Source of the DNA: Escherichia phage KM02
Sequence record: PQ179042
Strand: one strand, 5' to 3'
DNA length: 40,673 nucleotides
The translations under genes were made by a program, and so were the position numbers. Numbering within the stretch: position 1 is the stretch's first letter; each line of letters opens with the position of its first letter. A model generated the notes under the pieces. The model was not told where the DNA came from, searched no databases, and worked only from the letters and a program-made list of their open reading frames with translations. This document shows, one piece after another, positions 27,206-37,512 of the stretch.

Positions 27206-27667
27206 ATGTATATTCGCAAGGCTACAGATGTAGACGTTTGGTACGCTGCTGCACAACTTACAGATGACGACTTAGAGGAGTGTAAAGCCAACTATGGGAC
27301 CATTGAAGGTCTCACTGAAAGGTTACAAGCACACCTAACGTCTTCATCTGTGGTTTTGACTAACGCTCTTGGGGAGATATATGCCTATGGGGGCAACCAA
27401 GGTGACAACGTTTGGTTCCTGACTACCAGAATGACCGAGCGTCTCCAGCCTAAAGGTAAGCGAGAGTTCCGTGAGAGAATCATGGAGTATCGTGACAAGA
27501 TGCTGGAGGACTATCCGGTACTATGGAACTACGTCTGGGAAGGCAATACGTCTCACATCAGGTTTCTCAAGTCAATAGGCGCTAAGTTCCACGACGATAA
27601 GTGGACCAGAAGTCCAGTGACTGGAGAAGTATTTATTCTATTCACAATCACTAAGGAGGACACGTGA
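27206..27667 (+). CDS. 13: Internal virion protein gp13-like (by position)
   Basis: 153-aa ORF with SD aaggag between genes 12 and 14. Confidence 0.65.
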   Translation: MYIRKATDVDVWYAAAQLTDDDLEECKANYGTIEGLTERLQAHLTSSSVVLTNALGEIYAYGGNQGDNVWFLTTRMTERLQPKGKREFRERIMEYRDKMLEDYPVLWNYVWEGNTSHIRFLKSIGAKFHDDKWTRSPVTGEVFILFTITKEDT

Positions 27668-27846
27668 CTAAGGTCTGTACCGTCTGTAAAATTGAAAAGC
27701 CACTAGAAGCGTTCTCCCCACGGAAAGACTCTAAGTGTGGTGTACGCGCTGCCTGTAAGCTGACCAGTAGAAACTACCACTCTACATGCGAAGATTTCTA
27801 TGGTAAGGCTGCTGAGTATCTGGCTACAAGCCGGAAGGGGGATTAG
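27664..27846 (+). CDS. Small CxxC zinc-ribbon protein
   Basis: MTKVCTVCKIEKPLEAFSPRKDSKCGVRAACK resembles zinc-ribbon N-terminal modules of phage homing endonucleases; 60 aa. Confidence 0.4.
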   Translation: MTKVCTVCKIEKPLEAFSPRKDSKCGVRAACKLTSRNYHSTCEDFYGKAAEYLATSRKGD

Positions 27847-27882
27847 GAAATTTGCGAACCAATTTCAATCGGTTTAGGTATT

Positions 27883-28437
27883 ATGTCTGTAGCTGGTGCC
27901 ACTATGTCCGCATCCCAACAGGCCAAGGCTGAAGGTGCAGCAATTGATGCTCAGAACCGACAGTCTCAGGAAATGGTTAAGCAGATGAACTACTCTGACG
28001 CCAACCTGAAGATGCAGGAGCGCGACCTGAAGGAGCAGCAGATGGTTGAACTGACAGAGACCACGCTAAACGGTATCCGTAATCAGGGTATGGTCCGAGC
28101 TGCGGTGGCTGAGTCCGGTCTGGAAGGTAACTCTATGGACAGGATTGAACGTCAGGTAGAAGGAGATACAGTCAAGGAGCGAGCAGGGATTACCGAAAAT
28201 TACAACCGAGACTATGCGGCTATCTTCGGGAACCGTATCGCCAACATTGAGAACACAAAGTCTGCTATCCGTGGTCAAGGTAAAATCATCAAGACCAGCC
28301 CACTGGCTCATGCACTTAATGTTGCTACCGCAGGGATGCAAGGTTACGCCGCTGGTAAGTCAATCTCTGGAGCGTCCAGCTCTGGTGGTGCTGAACCAAT
28401 TAGTGCTGCTAAAGGCACACCTACAGGTCATAGCTAA
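27883..28437 (+). CDS. 14: Internal virion protein A
   Basis: MVRAAVAESGLEGNSMDRIERQVEG...ENYNRDYAAIF matches T7 gp14 (IRAAIGESMLEGSSMDRIKRVTEG...ENYRRDYQAIF). Confidence 0.8.
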   Translation: MSVAGATMSASQQAKAEGAAIDAQNRQSQEMVKQMNYSDANLKMQERDLKEQQMVELTETTLNGIRNQGMVRAAVAESGLEGNSMDRIERQVEGDTVKERAGITENYNRDYAAIFGNRIANIENTKSAIRGQGKIIKTSPLAHALNVATAGMQGYAAGKSISGASSSGGAEPISAAKGTPTGHS

Positions 28438-28448
28438 GAGGAGGACTA

Positions 28449-30731
28449 ATGGCTAGTAATATTGAATCAGCTCTTGCTAATCGGACTATGGGTCGTGGCA
28501 GAGCTCCTGGTAAAACTATCGCCGTCAACTATCAAGCAGCCAACGTTCAGGCTCCGACTGGGGACTCCGGGCTGGCTCGTGCATTAACTAACTTCGTTGA
28601 GTCTGGGACAGGATTGTACAAGCAGTTCAAGGACGAGGAGAAGACCAGAGCTGACGAGCGGTCTAACGAGATTATCCGTAAGTTGACACCTCAGCAGAGA
28701 CGTGAGGCTATCCAGAACGGTACATTGCTGTATCAGGATGACCCTTACGCTATGGAAGCACTTCGAGTCAAGACTGGTCGTAATGCTGCCTTTGCTGTAG
28801 ACGACGAGATTAACGTTAAGATTCAGAACGGTGAGTTCCGTACACGTCAGGACATGGAAGAGCATCGCCACCAGCGACTTCAGGACGCCGCTAAGTCCTA
28901 TGCTGAAGAGGCGGGTATTAACCCTACAGACGAGTTCTTCCAGCGTGGGTTCAACGATAACATCACAGACCGCAACATCGCTATCTATGGGTCTTTCAAT
29001 AAGTATTTCAGCAAGCAGTCTGAAGAGACAGCAATGTTGAACACTCGTATTGAGATGAACTCATTCCTGAACGATGGTGACTTGATGCGTTCACCTGAGT
29101 CTGGCAAGACATTCATGGCCTACCTTCGTGATGGACTGACTACTGCTGCTATCCCCTCGGACCAGCGAGCGCGGGAGGTTATTACCCAGACGGTACGTGA
29201 CGCAATCCAGAAGTCAGGAGGCTCAAACTTCCTACAGCAAGTACGAGGCGAGCGAATCGCCCTTAACGGCGTGGATGCTACAGTCGAAGAGATTGTAGGA
29301 CCTGACGTCTTCAATGCTGCTATGGTTGAGGCCCAAGGTACTGAGTATAAACTGGTGGCTAAGTATCAGGAAGACTTGTCGTTAGGCGTTCAGTCTGCGA
29401 TTCTTCAGGATGACCCAACCATCGGTCTGGCCCAGATTCAGAAACTCAAGGAGCAGAACAACCTGCTTCAGCCGGGTGAAGAACTAACGCCTCAGCGTCA
29501 GATGCTTATTAATGCCGAATCCAGCTTACTGGAAGCGGTAAAGCGTAAGTCCGCTGAACAGGCTAAGGAGAACACTAAGTTAATCCAGACCCAGAATAAG
29601 CAACTTGTCATTGACCAAGTTTATCAGCGACGTCTTTCTGGGGACAACGTGTCCACCAACTATGAGGACCTTCCGATCTCTGAAGCTACAGGAGAGTTCA
29701 AGCGTTCAGACATGAACAACTATGCGTCTGCCAAGCTACAGCAGATTGACCAGATGGACATCCCTGAGGCTGCTAAAGACGCACAGAAGGTGGCATTGTT
29801 GAGGGCTGACACTAACAATGGTCCGTTCCGTAATGCCTTCCAGACGCTGACTCAGGACGCTGCTGGTGAGTGGCAAGCTGCGGTCATCCGTGGGCAGTAC
29901 GACCCAGACAAGATGCAACGCTTCGAATCTCTTCGTCGTGCCTACACTCAGGACCATTCAAGTTTTGCTGCTCTGTATCCTGACCAAGCTCAGTTGTTCT
30001 CTACGTTCGACCAGATGGACAAGATGGGTCTGGACCCTCAGACGATGATTGAAGCTGATAAGCAAGCTGCAAGTCAAAGCCGTGAGATGCGCATGGAGTC
30101 AGACAAGGCGTGGCAGGAGTTGAAGAACGACTCCAAGAACACCCAGTTGTCTCGCCTCCCGACGTCTCTGGACGCAAGTGCTCGTAAGGTCTGGGACTCA
30201 TGGTACTATCGTACAGGTAACGCTGACGCTGCAACTCAGCAGACTCAACGCTGGCTGAATGAGAACACCGTAACGTTCCAGTCTGAAGGTTCTGATGGTA
30301 AGTCAATCGGCATGGTGTCCAAGCACCAGCTTATGGTCGGGGATAACCCAGAGTCGTGGCAGGTGGGTCGAGACATTATAGACACCGCTCGTCAGCAGCT
30401 CATTAAGGCCAACCCTTGGGTAGTGAACTCTCAGTTGTCCGTTGTTGAACAGAACGGCTCTATCTTCCTCCAAGACGCTACGGGGACTATTCGTATTCGC
30501 TACGATAAAGAACTTGTAGGTAAACTCTACAGCGAACAACAGCAGAAGGCACAAGATGCCGCATACGCTCAGGCAGAACGTGACGCTAACAAGCGAGCGC
30601 GTATCGTCGGGACTAAAGCTGCTGGTGACAAACGTCGAGCTGACCGAGAGGCCAACATCGAGAAGCGCGGTGGGATGTACAATGACGTCTCACTGGAGGG
30701 TATCTCAAACACCTTAATCGGTAAGGAGTAA
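28449..30731 (+). CDS. 15: Internal virion protein C
   Basis: ADERSNEIIRKLTPQQRREAIQNGTLLYQDDPYAMEALRVKTGRNAA is near-identical to T7 gp15. Confidence 0.93.
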   Translation: MASNIESALANRTMGRGRAPGKTIAVNYQAANVQAPTGDSGLARALTNFVESGTGLYKQFKDEEKTRADERSNEIIRKLTPQQRREAIQNGTLLYQDDPYAMEALRVKTGRNAAFAVDDEINVKIQNGEFRTRQDMEEHRHQRLQDAAKSYAEEAGINPTDEFFQRGFNDNITDRNIAIYGSFNKYFSKQSEETAMLNTRIEMNSFLNDGDLMRSPESGKTFMAYLRDGLTTAAIPSDQRAREVITQTVRDAIQKSGGSNFLQQVRGERIALNGVDATVEEIVGPDVFNAAMVEAQGTEYKLVAKYQEDLSLGVQSAILQDDPTIGLAQIQKLKEQNNLLQPGEELTPQRQMLINAESSLLEAVKRKSAEQAKENTKLIQTQNKQLVIDQVYQRRLSGDNVSTNYEDLPISEATGEFKRSDMNNYASAKLQQIDQMDIPEAAKDAQKVALLRADTNNGPFRNAFQTLTQDAAGEWQAAVIRGQYDPDKMQRFESLRRAYTQDHSSFAALYPDQAQLFSTFDQMDKMGLDPQTMIEADKQAASQSREMRMESDKAWQELKNDSKNTQLSRLPTSLDASARKVWDSWYYRTGNADAATQQTQRWLNENTVTFQSEGSDGKSIGMVSKHQLMVGDNPESWQVGRDIIDTARQQLIKANPWVVNSQLSVVEQNGSIFLQDATGTIRIRYDKELVGKLYSEQQQKAQDAAYAQAERDANKRARIVGTKAAGDKRRADREANIEKRGGMYNDVSLEGISNTLIGKE

Positions 30732-30736
30732 TAATA

Positions 30737-33700
30737 ATGGCGACTCGTGGTATTCGCAACAATAACATCGGGAACATTCGTGTTTCCAAAGACCAGTGGG
30801 AAGGAGCTACAGGAGACGATGGGTCTTTCGTAACGTTCGACAGCCCTGAATCCGGGGTCCGAGCCTTAGCAAAAAACCTTCAAAGCTACGGTCGCCAAGG
30901 CTATGACTCAATCGAGAAGATTATCAACCGATGGGCGCCCCCCAGCGAGAATGCCACTCAGTCTTACATCGACTCGGTTGTGGCTGCTACTGGCATTCCA
31001 GCGACCCAAAGTATCGACTTGACGAACCCTGATGTCCTCGCCTCTCTGTCTGAGGCTATCGGCTACCACGAGACTGGTTCCCGGTATGACCCTGAAGTCT
31101 ATCAGAAGGGAGTCGAAAGAGCACTTAACGGCATTAGCCCAAAGACTCCACCAGTAAGCGCTAACGTATTTGACGCACTCACGGAAGGACTCAAGGCTAA
31201 ACCTAAAGTAGCTCTGGGTGAGAACCTTCCGACCGCTGCTGGTCTAAACATTGAGGGTCAAGCACCTGAAGCTCCCAACGAATCGTTCGGTGAGATGTTC
31301 TATAAGTCTACTGGCGAGACCATGCAGGAACGAGAGGATCGCTCTACGTGGTTCGGTTTCGGCTCGGCTACAGAAGCTGAAGTGAAGAACTCTATGGTCG
31401 GCGTGGCTATCCGCGCTGGTCAGACCGAGGACTCACTTGATGTCATTGGCGATGTGTTCAACCCAACCCGATGGAACAACCATAAGTGGACTCGTGATGA
31501 GCTGGACCAGATTCGTAACGCTGGGGTTCTGCCTCAGTATTACGGAGTAATTACTGGCGGTTCTCCTCAGAATCTGACAGAGCTGATCAACTTGGCGTTG
31601 GAGAACCAGAAGTTTGACCAAGAGAAGGCCAAGGCTGGGACTGGCGCTCAGTTAGCTGCTGGTGTTATTGGTGCTGGCGTGGACCCTCTGACATACGTTC
31701 CTATTGCTGGACAGGTAGGTAAGGGAGCTAAGCTGGTCAATAAGATGTTCACCGTGGCTGCTCAATCTGGAGCATTGGCTGGTGTGTCTGAGATGGCCCG
31801 TACCTCAGTGGCTGGTGGTGATGCTCATGTGGCTGAGGCTATCCTTGGCGGTGCTCTATTCGGTGGCGGTATGACTGCTATCGCTGATGGTTTAGGCAGA
31901 GCATTAGGTCGTAACACTAACGAGTTCGCTGGCCCAGCTACACGTCTGGAAGCGCGTGAGACTGCTCGTAACGTTGATGGTCAGGACCTGTCTCGTCTCC
32001 CTATTCAGGAAGGTGAGCAGACCTTTAGTCATCAAGGCGTTAAGTTCTCTGACGTTCCGAACGAGCCGGGTAGTGTACGACTGGAAGATGGTTCAATCCT
32101 GATTGGTGAGAACCCTCTGAACCCTAAGACACGTCAAGTCTTTGATGAAGTGATTGAGCCTGAACGTGCCGCTGCTGGTGTGAACCTTGGTGGGCTGACT
32201 GAGATTGGCCTGAAGCTGCTTCGGTCTGAGAGCCCTGAGATTCGTGGAGTAGCTGCTGACTTAGTTCGTTCACCGACTGGTATGCAGTCTGGGGCCTCAG
32301 GTAAAATCGGGACCACTGCGTCTGACGTATTTGAGAGACTTCGTGCTGTGGACCATCGGTTCTACAACGACATCGACGACACGGTTACTGAGGCGCTCAA
32401 GGACCCATACTTCCAGACAGCATTCTGGCGAGACTCCGGCGCATTCCGTCAGGACATCTACCAGCGTGTGTCTATGGCTATTGAAGACGGAAGTGGGAAC
32501 CTGAAGGCTGAACTGACTCCGGGAGAACTGAAAGTCTATGACCTGCTGAAGAACCAGTTTGACGCCAAGCGTGAGATGATGGAGAACCCGGCGATGTTTG
32601 GTCGTCCAGACGCTCAGTCTATCTTTCCGGGCAGCCGCTTCAAGGGAACCTACGTCCCGCATGTGTATAGCAACCAGATGAAGGAGCTGTACATCACGGA
32701 GCTTGGGAGTCCAGAGGCACTACAGGAGGCCATCAAGAAGTCATGGTTGACCAGCTATGCGTCTCGACCTGAGGTCAAGAAACGTGTGGACGAGGCACTC
32801 TTAGAGGCTGACCCTACGTTGACTCCAGAAGGACTTGCGGCTGCGGTCGATAAGTACGCCAACGATAAGGCTTACGGCATCTCCCACACCGAGCAGTTCG
32901 AACGTTCATCCGTAATGGAAGATAACATCAACGGTCTGGTTGGTCTGGAGAACAACAGCTTCCTTGAGGCTCGTAACCTGTTCGATAGCGATATGTCAAT
33001 CGTCCTACCTAACGGTCAGACCTTCAGTGTCAACAACCTGCGTGAGTGGGACATGGACAAGATTGTCCCGGCCTACAACCGTCGAGTTAATGGCGATATT
33101 GCTATCATGGCTGGTACAGGTAAAACCACGAAGGACATGAAGGACTTGGTTGAGACCATGATGAACAAGGCTGGGGATGACGGTAAGTTGAAAGGTGAAG
33201 TATCTACCTTACGTGACACCTTGAAGATTCTAACTGGTCGTGCTCGACGTGATGGTGCTGATGATGCAGCCTTCGCTACCGTGATGCACACAATGACAGA
33301 CCTATCATTCTTCGCTAAGAATGCCTACATGGGTGTTCAGAACTTAACGGAGATTGGTGGTATGCTGGCTCGTGGCAACGTTCGTGCAATGCTGCATGGA
33401 GTCCCAATTTTCCGTGACCTAGCCTTCCGTAACAAGAAGGTTGGGGCCTCAGAGATTAAGGACCTGCACAATGTTATCTTCGGTAAGGAACTGGATGACT
33501 CAATCCGTCCGTCTAAACAGGATGTCATTGACCGTCTGCGATCTTACAGTGACCTCGGTCGTGGTACAGCTACAGCTCTGGGGACTGCCAAGTATTACAC
33601 TGGCGAACTTGCAGTACGCTCTCCGTTCACTAAAGTCCTCAACGGTACGACCAACTACCTGTTAGATGCTGGACGTCAAGGCTTTCTGTCTGACATCGTG

Positions 33701-34624
33701 GAGCATAGCCTGACTGGTAGTAAGCGTAAGTTCGATGACCGCTGGCTTAAGACCGCTGGTATCTCTGACGAGCAGTGGAAGGGCATTAAGTCCCTCATCC
33801 GTGAGTCAGTGACGCGTGGTCCAGACGGGAAGTACACCATCAAGGATAAGAAGGCGTTCAGTCAGGACCCAAGGGCTATGGACCTCTGGCGTATGGGTGA
33901 TACCATCGCTGACGAAACGTTACTACGTCCTCATAAGCTGTCCAACATGGACGCAAAGGCTTATGGCCCTCTCGCTAAGACTGTCCTTCAGTTTAAGAAC
34001 TTCGTCATCAAGTCCATCAATGGACGTACCATGCGAACCTTCTATAACGCCACGAAGAACAACCGAGCGATGGACGCTGCCCTGTCCACTGTGATCTCTA
34101 TGGGTCTTGCCGGTATCTACTACATGGCTCAGGCTCATGTCAAGGCTTACGCTATGCAGGATGATCGAGGCCGTGACTACCTCAAGCAAGCTCTAGACCC
34201 GACGATGATTGGATATGCAGCTCTATCACGTAGTTCACACCTTGGTGGACCACTTGGGGTCGCCAACATTCTGGGTGGCATCGCTGGGTATGAGGACACT
34301 AAGTTACTCCGCTCGTCTATCCTACCTCGTTCGCCAACAGAGAAGCCTGAACGTGCTATCGCGTATGGTGCAGCTACAAGTGACCCTGTGATGAATGTGG
34401 TCGGCAACTTCCTTGAGCAGGTCCCGGCTTTCGGATATGCTGCTAACGTTGGTGCTTCGGCTTATAACTTGGCGGGATACCTCAAGGCTGATACCCGTGT
34501 CAACGAGCGAGACTACATGACCGGGATGTATAACACGTTCCGTGAACTTGTACCGAATGACCCGATTACCCAGAAGTTGCTGCTTGGAACGTTTGAGGAG
34601 CAAGGCATCCACATCAAGGACTAA
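30737..34624 (+). CDS. 16: Internal virion protein D with a non-T7 N-terminal domain
   Basis: From about residue 190 onward matches T7 gp16 (TGGSP.NL, AGVIGAGVDPLTYVP, RLEARETARN, DLVRSPTGMQSGASGK, LTGRARR, HKLSNMDAKAYGPLAK); the first 130 aa or so lack the T7 SLT motif. Confidence 0.93.
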   Translation: MATRGIRNNNIGNIRVSKDQWEGATGDDGSFVTFDSPESGVRALAKNLQSYGRQGYDSIEKIINRWAPPSENATQSYIDSVVAATGIPATQSIDLTNPDVLASLSEAIGYHETGSRYDPEVYQKGVERALNGISPKTPPVSANVFDALTEGLKAKPKVALGENLPTAAGLNIEGQAPEAPNESFGEMFYKSTGETMQEREDRSTWFGFGSATEAEVKNSMVGVAIRAGQTEDSLDVIGDVFNPTRWNNHKWTRDELDQIRNAGVLPQYYGVITGGSPQNLTELINLALENQKFDQEKAKAGTGAQLAAGVIGAGVDPLTYVPIAGQVGKGAKLVNKMFTVAAQSGALAGVSEMARTSVAGGDAHVAEAILGGALFGGGMTAIADGLGRALGRNTNEFAGPATRLEARETARNVDGQDLSRLPIQEGEQTFSHQGVKFSDVPNEPGSVRLEDGSILIGENPLNPKTRQVFDEVIEPERAAAGVNLGGLTEIGLKLLRSESPEIRGVAADLVRSPTGMQSGASGKIGTTASDVFERLRAVDHRFYNDIDDTVTEALKDPYFQTAFWRDSGAFRQDIYQRVSMAIEDGSGNLKAELTPGELKVYDLLKNQFDAKREMMENPAMFGRPDAQSIFPGSRFKGTYVPHVYSNQMKELYITELGSPEALQEAIKKSWLTSYASRPEVKKRVDEALLEADPTLTPEGLAAAVDKYANDKAYGISHTEQFERSSVMEDNINGLVGLENNSFLEARNLFDSDMSIVLPNGQTFSVNNLREWDMDKIVPAYNRRVNGDIAIMAGTGKTTKDMKDLVETMMNKAGDDGKLKGEVSTLRDTLKILTGRARRDGADDAAFATVMHTMTDLSFFAKNAYMGVQNLTEIGGMLARGNVRAMLHGVPIFRDLAFRNKKVGASEIKDLHNVIFGKELDDSIRPSKQDVIDRLRSYSDLGRGTATALGTAKYYTGELAVRSPFTKVLNGTTNYLLDAGRQGFLSDIVEHSLTGSKRKFDDRWLKTAGISDEQWKGIKSLIRESVTRGPDGKYTIKDKKAFSQDPRAMDLWRMGDTIADETLLRPHKLSNMDAKAYGPLAKTVLQFKNFVIKSINGRTMRTFYNATKNNRAMDAALSTVISMGLAGIYYMAQAHVKAYAMQDDRGRDYLKQALDPTMIGYAALSRSSHLGGPLGVANILGGIAGYEDTKLLRSSILPRSPTEKPERAIAYGAATSDPVMNVVGNFLEQVPAFGYAANVGASAYNLAGYLKADTRVNERDYMTGMYNTFRELVPNDPITQKLLLGTFEEQGIHIKD

Positions 34625-34642
34625 ACTATCACTATAGGAAAC
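34620..34642 (+). promoter_or_regulatory. Phage-RNAP promoter (phi17 analogue)
   Basis: ctaaactatcactatagg at 34621-34638, overlapping the gene 16 stop. Confidence 0.7.
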
Positions 34643-34689
34643 GGGAGGCGCTACCATAGGTCTCCCTTTAATTCATAACGGGAGGCATA

Positions 34690-36903
34690 ATGTCCACGAT
34701 TACACAATTCCCTTCAGGAAGCACTCAGTACAGGATTGAGTTCGACTACCTAGCCAGAACGTTTGTTGTTGTTACGCTGGTGAATAGCTATAACCCTACC
34801 CTGAACCGTGTACTGGAAGTTGGTCGAGATTACCGATTCCTTAACCCAACGATGATTGATATGTTGGTTGACCAATCAGGTTTCGACATCGTTCGTATTC
34901 ACCGTCAGACTGGAACTGACTTAGTGGTAGACTTCAGGAACGGCTCAGTGTTGACAGCTAGTGACCTGACCAATTCAGAGCTTCAGGCTATCCATATTGC
35001 AGAAGAAGGTCGAGACCAAACGGTTGACTTAGCGAAGGAATATGCCGATGCTGCTGGTAGCTCTGCTGGCAACGCTAAGGATAGCGAGGATGAAGCACGC
35101 AGAATCGCTGAGAGTCTCAAGGCATCTGGTCAAATTAGCTATATTACCCGTCGCTCCTTCGAGAAAGGCTTCAACGTTATAACATGGAACGAGGTACTGC
35201 TATGGGAAGAGGATGGTGAGTATTACCGCTGGGATGGTACGCTTCCAAAGAACGTTCCTGCTGGTTCAACTCCTGAAACTTCCGGTGGGATTGGATTAGG
35301 TGCGTGGGTTAGTGTAGGTGATGCTACATTAAGATCTGACTTATCATCTGTGGATGGAATCAGTGTTGTTGGAGCAGCAAACTACGCAAATATCCGCGCA
35401 TATACAGGCCCAGCTAACCACATTAACTGTTATGGTAGAAGCTCTATTTTTGACAATGCTTCTGGGTATTTCTTCGCGGATTCATCCGATACGACAACCC
35501 AAGACAATGACGGAACTGTGCTTGTCGATGCGTCCGGTCGTCGCTGGAAGCGCAGCTATACAGGGCCTGTCGACGCCCGCTGGTTCGGAGTTACGGCAAA
35601 CGGGAGCACGGATGACACCGTTGCAGCTAACAAAGCGCTGGCAACACTTCAACATGTGGTCTTCCCGGTAGGCATAATAATAATCAGTGCACCTCTTATC
35701 TTTGGTACTCAGACCATCGAAGGCGCTGGAACTTATCCAAATGGCTCCTACGGTACTATCATCCAGTGTACAGGCGACCATGCCGCGTTTGAGCATGCTC
35801 CTACTAGGTATCAGCCGGGAGGTATTATTCGTAACTTTTGGATTAATTATCAAGCAGGGAAACCAACTATAACCACTGGAAATGCCAAAGGTGTTAACTT
35901 CGGTACGTCCAACACGTCTATTGATCCGCTGGTTAATGGCGCGACCAAATTTATAGTAGAAAACGTCATTGTCCGTGGTGCTTATTGGGGCTTCTATGAT
36001 GTAACGTCTACATATTTAATGGAGTACAGGAACTGCTGGGCATGGGACTGCTATGTTGGGTTTAAAAAGCATTACGGAACTACCATAAAATATAGCTCTT
36101 GTTACGCACTGGACTGCTACGGCTCGTGGGATATGCAAGATAGTCACTGCGCCACCTTTGAGAACTGCGCCTACGACGGCACAAGCATCATCGGTAACAT
36201 TAAGCCTATTTACTTCAAAGGATGCCCAGGCGTCACAATTAACGGGATGCAGCATGAATCAAGTAAAATTGACGTTTCAGGACGTGGTGACTTTGTTATC
36301 GAAAACTGCGTTGGGTTTGTGCTTAATGGCATGTCAATTCCTTCCTGGCTTAATACGTTAACTACCGGAGAAGCATATCTATTTGAGATTATAAACTCCA
36401 CGGCAGACATAAAGGGAGTAGCCCTCTCTGCGGATGCCGCCAATGTGAAAAGCTCGGGTGCGAATACGTATTTATTTAACGCCAAGAGCGGAAGTATCGT
36501 CAATGTTTCGGCGAGCGGGCTACCGGCTGTGGCTGGGTCATCTTTCAATTACAGCATGTCGGCAGACAGTACCAGCAGAATCGACAGAACTCCAAGTGCG
36601 GTAATTGGTGGATTGACCGCTGGTGCGGTGTTTCGTAACGGCGTGTCCGCGCCTGTGTATGTGGATTACAATTCTGTTACGATTGCCGTTGGTGCTGTTG
36701 CATTGATTGGTACCGTAACCCTGCCCGGAGTTAAATATCAGGACTTCCTGATGGCTGACTCGTCAACAGGGGTGAATGGTTGCACTATAGATGTTGTTAG
36801 GCCAGCGGGAGCAGTTGGGAGTGTTAACGTTTATATCCGTAACAACAACGCATCCCCTGTCACCCTTACAGGCCAAATCGCAATAAGATATCTTAGACCA
36901 TAG
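34690..36903 (+). CDS. 17: Tail fibre/tail spike: T7 gp17-like N-terminal anchor plus beta-helix (pectate-lyase-like) C-terminal domain
   Basis: N-terminus FDYLARTFVVVTL..DYRF...LVDFRNGSVLTASDL matches T7 gp17; the remainder is G/N/T/S/V-rich with ARWFGVTANGSTDDT, typical of depolymerase tailspikes; 737 aa versus 553 aa. Confidence 0.88.
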   Translation: MSTITQFPSGSTQYRIEFDYLARTFVVVTLVNSYNPTLNRVLEVGRDYRFLNPTMIDMLVDQSGFDIVRIHRQTGTDLVVDFRNGSVLTASDLTNSELQAIHIAEEGRDQTVDLAKEYADAAGSSAGNAKDSEDEARRIAESLKASGQISYITRRSFEKGFNVITWNEVLLWEEDGEYYRWDGTLPKNVPAGSTPETSGGIGLGAWVSVGDATLRSDLSSVDGISVVGAANYANIRAYTGPANHINCYGRSSIFDNASGYFFADSSDTTTQDNDGTVLVDASGRRWKRSYTGPVDARWFGVTANGSTDDTVAANKALATLQHVVFPVGIIIISAPLIFGTQTIEGAGTYPNGSYGTIIQCTGDHAAFEHAPTRYQPGGIIRNFWINYQAGKPTITTGNAKGVNFGTSNTSIDPLVNGATKFIVENVIVRGAYWGFYDVTSTYLMEYRNCWAWDCYVGFKKHYGTTIKYSSCYALDCYGSWDMQDSHCATFENCAYDGTSIIGNIKPIYFKGCPGVTINGMQHESSKIDVSGRGDFVIENCVGFVLNGMSIPSWLNTLTTGEAYLFEIINSTADIKGVALSADAANVKSSGANTYLFNAKSGSIVNVSASGLPAVAGSSFNYSMSADSTSRIDRTPSAVIGGLTAGAVFRNGVSAPVYVDYNSVTIAVGAVALIGTVTLPGVKYQDFLMADSSTGVNGCTIDVVRPAGAVGSVNVYIRNNNASPVTLTGQIAIRYLRP

Positions 36904-37015
36904 ATGTAATTAACCACCGCTTCTGCTGGGTGTGGTGGTATAGGCTAACTACACGCTAACCAACGTAGGGTAACAACTTTTGGTCACGGACGACCCGCTT
37001 TAAACTGGAGGTTTT

Positions 37016-37210
37016 ATGATTGAGTTAGACTTCAAGAATGAGGTCCTTAAAGCCTCTCCTATAGTCGGGACCGCTGCGGCTGATGGTGCCAGTCGGTTCT
37101 TCTTCGGACTCACACTTAACGAATGGTTCTACGTTGCAGCTATCGCGTACACCGTTGTCCAGATTGGGGTGCTAGTCTACAAAACGATTAAAGGAGGTGG
37201 TAAAACATGA
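37016..37210 (+). CDS. 17.5: Class II holin
   Basis: FFGLTLNEWFYVAAIAYTVVQIG is near-identical to the T7 gp17.5 core. Confidence 0.88.
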   Translation: MIELDFKNEVLKASPIVGTAAADGASRFFFGLTLNEWFYVAAIAYTVVQIGVLVYKTIKGGGKT

Positions 37211-37470
37211 CGCAGATGGACTTAGAGAAGTTCCTCTTGATGCTAGATACTGAACGTGCTAGACTCATGCTGCAAGACCTGCGGGATGACTCTAAGCGTT
37301 CTCCTCAGCTCTACAACGCCATTGAGAAGCTTCTGGCTCGTCACAACTTTGTGTTAAGCAAGGTGTCTGTTGACGAGAAGACGCTCGCTGATATGGAGGC
37401 CCTGAACGCAGAGTATGATAAGGTGCTCTCAGCGAACGAGGATAATGACACCGGGTATGGTGTCCAGTAA
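37207..37470 (+). CDS. 18: Terminase small subunit
   Basis: LMLDTERARLMLQDL...RSPQLYNAIEKLLARH matches T7 gp18. Confidence 0.88.
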   Translation: MTQMDLEKFLLMLDTERARLMLQDLRDDSKRSPQLYNAIEKLLARHNFVLSKVSVDEKTLADMEALNAEYDKVLSANEDNDTGYGVQ

Positions 37471-37473
37471 GTG

Positions 37474-37512
37474 TTAGACTCAAGGTCATCTATTGGTGGC
37501 CTTCATGATTAG
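37474..37512 (+). promoter_or_regulatory. Conserved RNase III-site-like motif (copy C; T7 R18.5 position)
   Basis: tagactcaaggtcat-N6-gtggccttcatgatta between genes 18 and 18.5. Confidence 0.5.

Noticed and set aside
36911-36950. Hairpin ccaccgc...gtggtgg after gene 17 as a terminator
   Set aside because: Stem includes a wobble pair and is not followed by a T-run; T7-like phages have no terminator at this position.
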